Origin: an uncultured bacterium
GTDB taxonomy: Bacteria; Hydrothermota; Tepidihabitantia; Tepidihabitantales; Tepidihabitantaceae
NCBI GenBank assembly: GCA_964590395.1
Contig: CAZPVT010000006.1
Coordinates: forward strand, 4,093-68,092
Reading direction: 5' to 3'
Length of the DNA stretch: 64,000 nucleotides
Shown: positions 61,517 through 64,000 of the stretch, piece after piece
Layout of the letters: every line of letters begins with the position of its first letter
Position numbering within the stretch: the stretch's first letter is position 1
The notes under the pieces: model-generated
What the model was told of the DNA's origin: nothing
What the model saw: only the letters and a program-made list of their open reading frames with translations
The model's database searches: none
Made by a program: the position numbers and the translations under genes

Positions 61517-64000
61517 AATGGTAAGAATTTTCTCAGTAAAAGCAGGGACCATCTGGATAACTTTTATTTTTCTTCTTGTGCTGAGTGGGCTATCTTTCGG
61601 ACAGATTGAGGTGTGGAGTTCGCGGTATAATGGCGATGCGGATAATTGGGATGAGGCAACCGCAATGGCGCTGACTCCGGATGGCAATGTCGTTCTGACC
61701 GGTAACAGCACAGGAACAGACGGCTCTTTTGATATTGCGACAGTCAAGTTTTCCGGTTCTAACGGCGAGATTATCTGGTCAAGACGGTGGCAGGCGGTCA
61801 GCGGCTCGATGGATAAAGGCAGGGCAATTGCCTCCGATAATATGGGGAATATCTTTGTTGCCGGTTTTACCGTGAGGTTAGGGGTTGATACTGACTATGT
61901 TATAATTAAATACCGTGCTGATGGCACCGAGTTATGGGTAAGGCGTTATAATAATGGCTGGAGAGATGTGCCGATGGCGGTGGTGGCGGATGAGGTTGGT
62001 GGCTGTTTTGTCACTGGTTATTCGTTCCATTATTTGCCTAATGACACTAACAGTGATTATCTTACCATTCACTATTCACCCAGTGGCGCTGTGGAATGGA
62101 TGGCGCGTTATAATGGACCGGCAAATGGCAACGATTTGGCATCAGCACTGGTATGGGACCAGCGGGGTGCGCTCTATGTTACCGGTTATTCTTGGGGCGG
62201 TGAAACCTCCCAGTTGGATTATTTGACAATCAAGTACAATGCTGATGGAGAGACGCTTTGGACCAGGCGTTATGACGGCACCGGCAGTGACCCACTCATC
62301 AATAATGACTATGCCTTTGCCATAACTTTAGATAATGATGGCAATGTTTATGTAACCGGAAGGGCAGGAGAAAGTGTAACCCACTACGATGCCACCACGA
62401 TAAAATATACCCCAGGAGGACAAAGGGTATGGATAAACCGGTTTGACTGGGGTGAGAATGCACCGGATGGTGCTGCTGAGATTCAGGTTGGACCAGACCG
62501 CTCAGTTTATTGCGGCGGTTTTACCGAAACAAATCTCGGCGATCTTGATATGCTTGTTTATAAATTGACTCCAGCCGGCGAGGTTGAATGGCAGGATATA
62601 TACTTTGGCTTTGTTGGGGAGAATGACAGCGTTGAGGCGCTTTGCGTTGACCGTTATGGCAATGTTTATATTACTGGTTTTTCCTCTGGCTCCGATGCCT
62701 ATGATGATTGGGCGACGATAAAATATAATTGCAACGGCGCTCGGGTCTGGCTGGCAAGGCATGGTGACTTAAATGAGGAGGCGGACGAGCCCAATGCGAT
62801 TGCGGTTACCCAATTAGGCGATGTTTTTGTTGCCGGCTATGATGTTCTTGAGGGGAATGAGGATTATGCGCTGGTGAAGTATTCTGCTCCAGATGTTGGT
62901 GTGGCGGCGATAATTCAGCCACGGGATACATTCCGGCTGGATGCAGAGGTAATCCCCCGGGTAAAGGTCAAAAACTACAGTGCGCTCAGTTTTACATTTC
63001 CGGTGCGGCTGGAGATTGGTAATTTCTATTTTGATATTGAACAGGTGCCGTATCTCGCCCCCTATGATTCAATTGTGGTGGCTTTTGGACCCTGGGTAGT
63101 CCGGGATGTGGGTGAGTATAATGTCAGGTGTCATACGATGCTGGTGGGTGATAAGGAACCTGGTAATGATACGGTCTGGTCCAGGGTAAAAACGGTTTCT
63201 CCTTGGGAGCAACTTGCCGAAATGCCGGTCGGACCGAATGAAAAGGACGTTAAGGATGGAGGTGCTTTGACCTTTGCACAGGAGAGCCTGATTTTTGCCT
63301 TCAAGGGTAATAATAGGAGTGAGTTCTATTGTTACAACATCACAAGCCTTACCTGGGTTGAAAAGGAAAGCATCCCGGCTCCTGAACGAAAAAAGGTAAA
63401 GGGTGGTGCCTGTCTTGCGGCAGATGCCAGTGGCAATGTTTATGCGCTCAAGGGTAACAACACCCTGGAGTTCTGGCGTTATTCGATTTATGAGAACCGC
63501 TGGCAGCAACTGAAAGATTTCCCGGCTGGTAATAAGCGGGTGAGAGGCGGTGCAGGGATGGTGTATGTTCCTGAATTTCGTTCAATCTATGCTCTGCGGG
63601 GGGCTAATACCACTGATTTTTATGCCTATTCTATTGATGGCGATTCCTGGATTAAGAAACAGAGCGTCCCCACAGGTGACCGCAATCGCCGGATAAAGGA
63701 TGGTAGCGCTATTGCATTTGATCGCAATTCCACGATTTATCTACTAAAAGGCAACACCTATGAGTTCTGGGCTTATAAGTTGAGAGGCGACACCTGGATA
63801 AAATTGCCTGATATTCCGGATTCAAGAATTAACCCCAAACGACGCAAGGTAAAAAAAGGCGCGGATATGGCTTATGACCCGGATTTTGCGCGCGTTTATG
63901 CGACCAAGGGTGGCAAGCAGACTGAGTTCTGGTATTTTGATGTTTTCGGTAATAACTGGGTAGAGACTACGGATACAATCCCAAAATCCATTTCAAAACG
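61517..64000 (+). CDS. large exported SBBP beta-propeller-repeat protein with C-terminal Kelch-like repeats (3' end lies beyond the window)
   Basis: ATG at 61517 with a GGAGGTG RBS. Signal peptide. About 9 SBBP-type repeats (Y.TIKY...G..W.RRY.G....D.A.A...D..GNVYVTG). From ~63.2 kb, five ~48-aa Kelch-like repeats (KGN.T.EFW.Y......W). The frame is open to the end of the window. The ORF track omits it because it has no stop. Confidence 0.7.

Overview
The window is a 64 kb chromosomal segment (about 50% GC) from a bacterium that appears to secrete proteins through a type IX secretion system (T9SS). This is inferred from at least six predicted exported proteins, mostly proteases, that carry T9SS-type C-terminal sorting domains.

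Housekeeping content includes gpsA (partial), fhs, two glutamate dehydrogenases, tmRNA, dnaN, sucCD, nfo, queD, the thrS-infC-rpmI-rplT operon, rarA, acyP, ribD, riboflavin synthase, serS, cdd, deoB and three tRNAs (Pro-GGG, Gln-CUG, Leu-GAG).

The most unusual features are:
- A low-GC accessory island of about 6.6 kb (roughly 41.9-48.5 kb) that looks like a composite defence island. It holds a GIY-YIG/DUF4357-like nuclease co-operonic with a 3-TM membrane protein and a tiny Lys/Pro/Glu-rich ORF, a 445-aa unknown protein, an AbiEi/AbiEii toxin-antitoxin pair, and a DNA methyltransferase split by a +1 frameshift in an A4 run.
- A cytoplasmic histidine kinase plus NtrC-type sigma54 activator placed next to a textbook sigma54 promoter (TGGCAC-N5-TTGCA). 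That promoter precedes a duplicated 4-Cys mini-protein and a glutamate dehydrogenase gene.
- A 964-aa exported protein with at least 11 tandem 26-27 aa D-x-x-G-N-D-x-Y ... Q-G repeats and a HEAT-repeat C-terminus.
- queD translationally coupled to two paralogous DUF2229-like (2-hydroxyacyl-CoA dehydratase-like) genes.
- infC with a non-AUG start.
- A 730-nt ORF-less region with a consensus sigma70 promoter and short direct repeats.

All calls are from reading the ORF translations and the raw sequence. No database searches were run.
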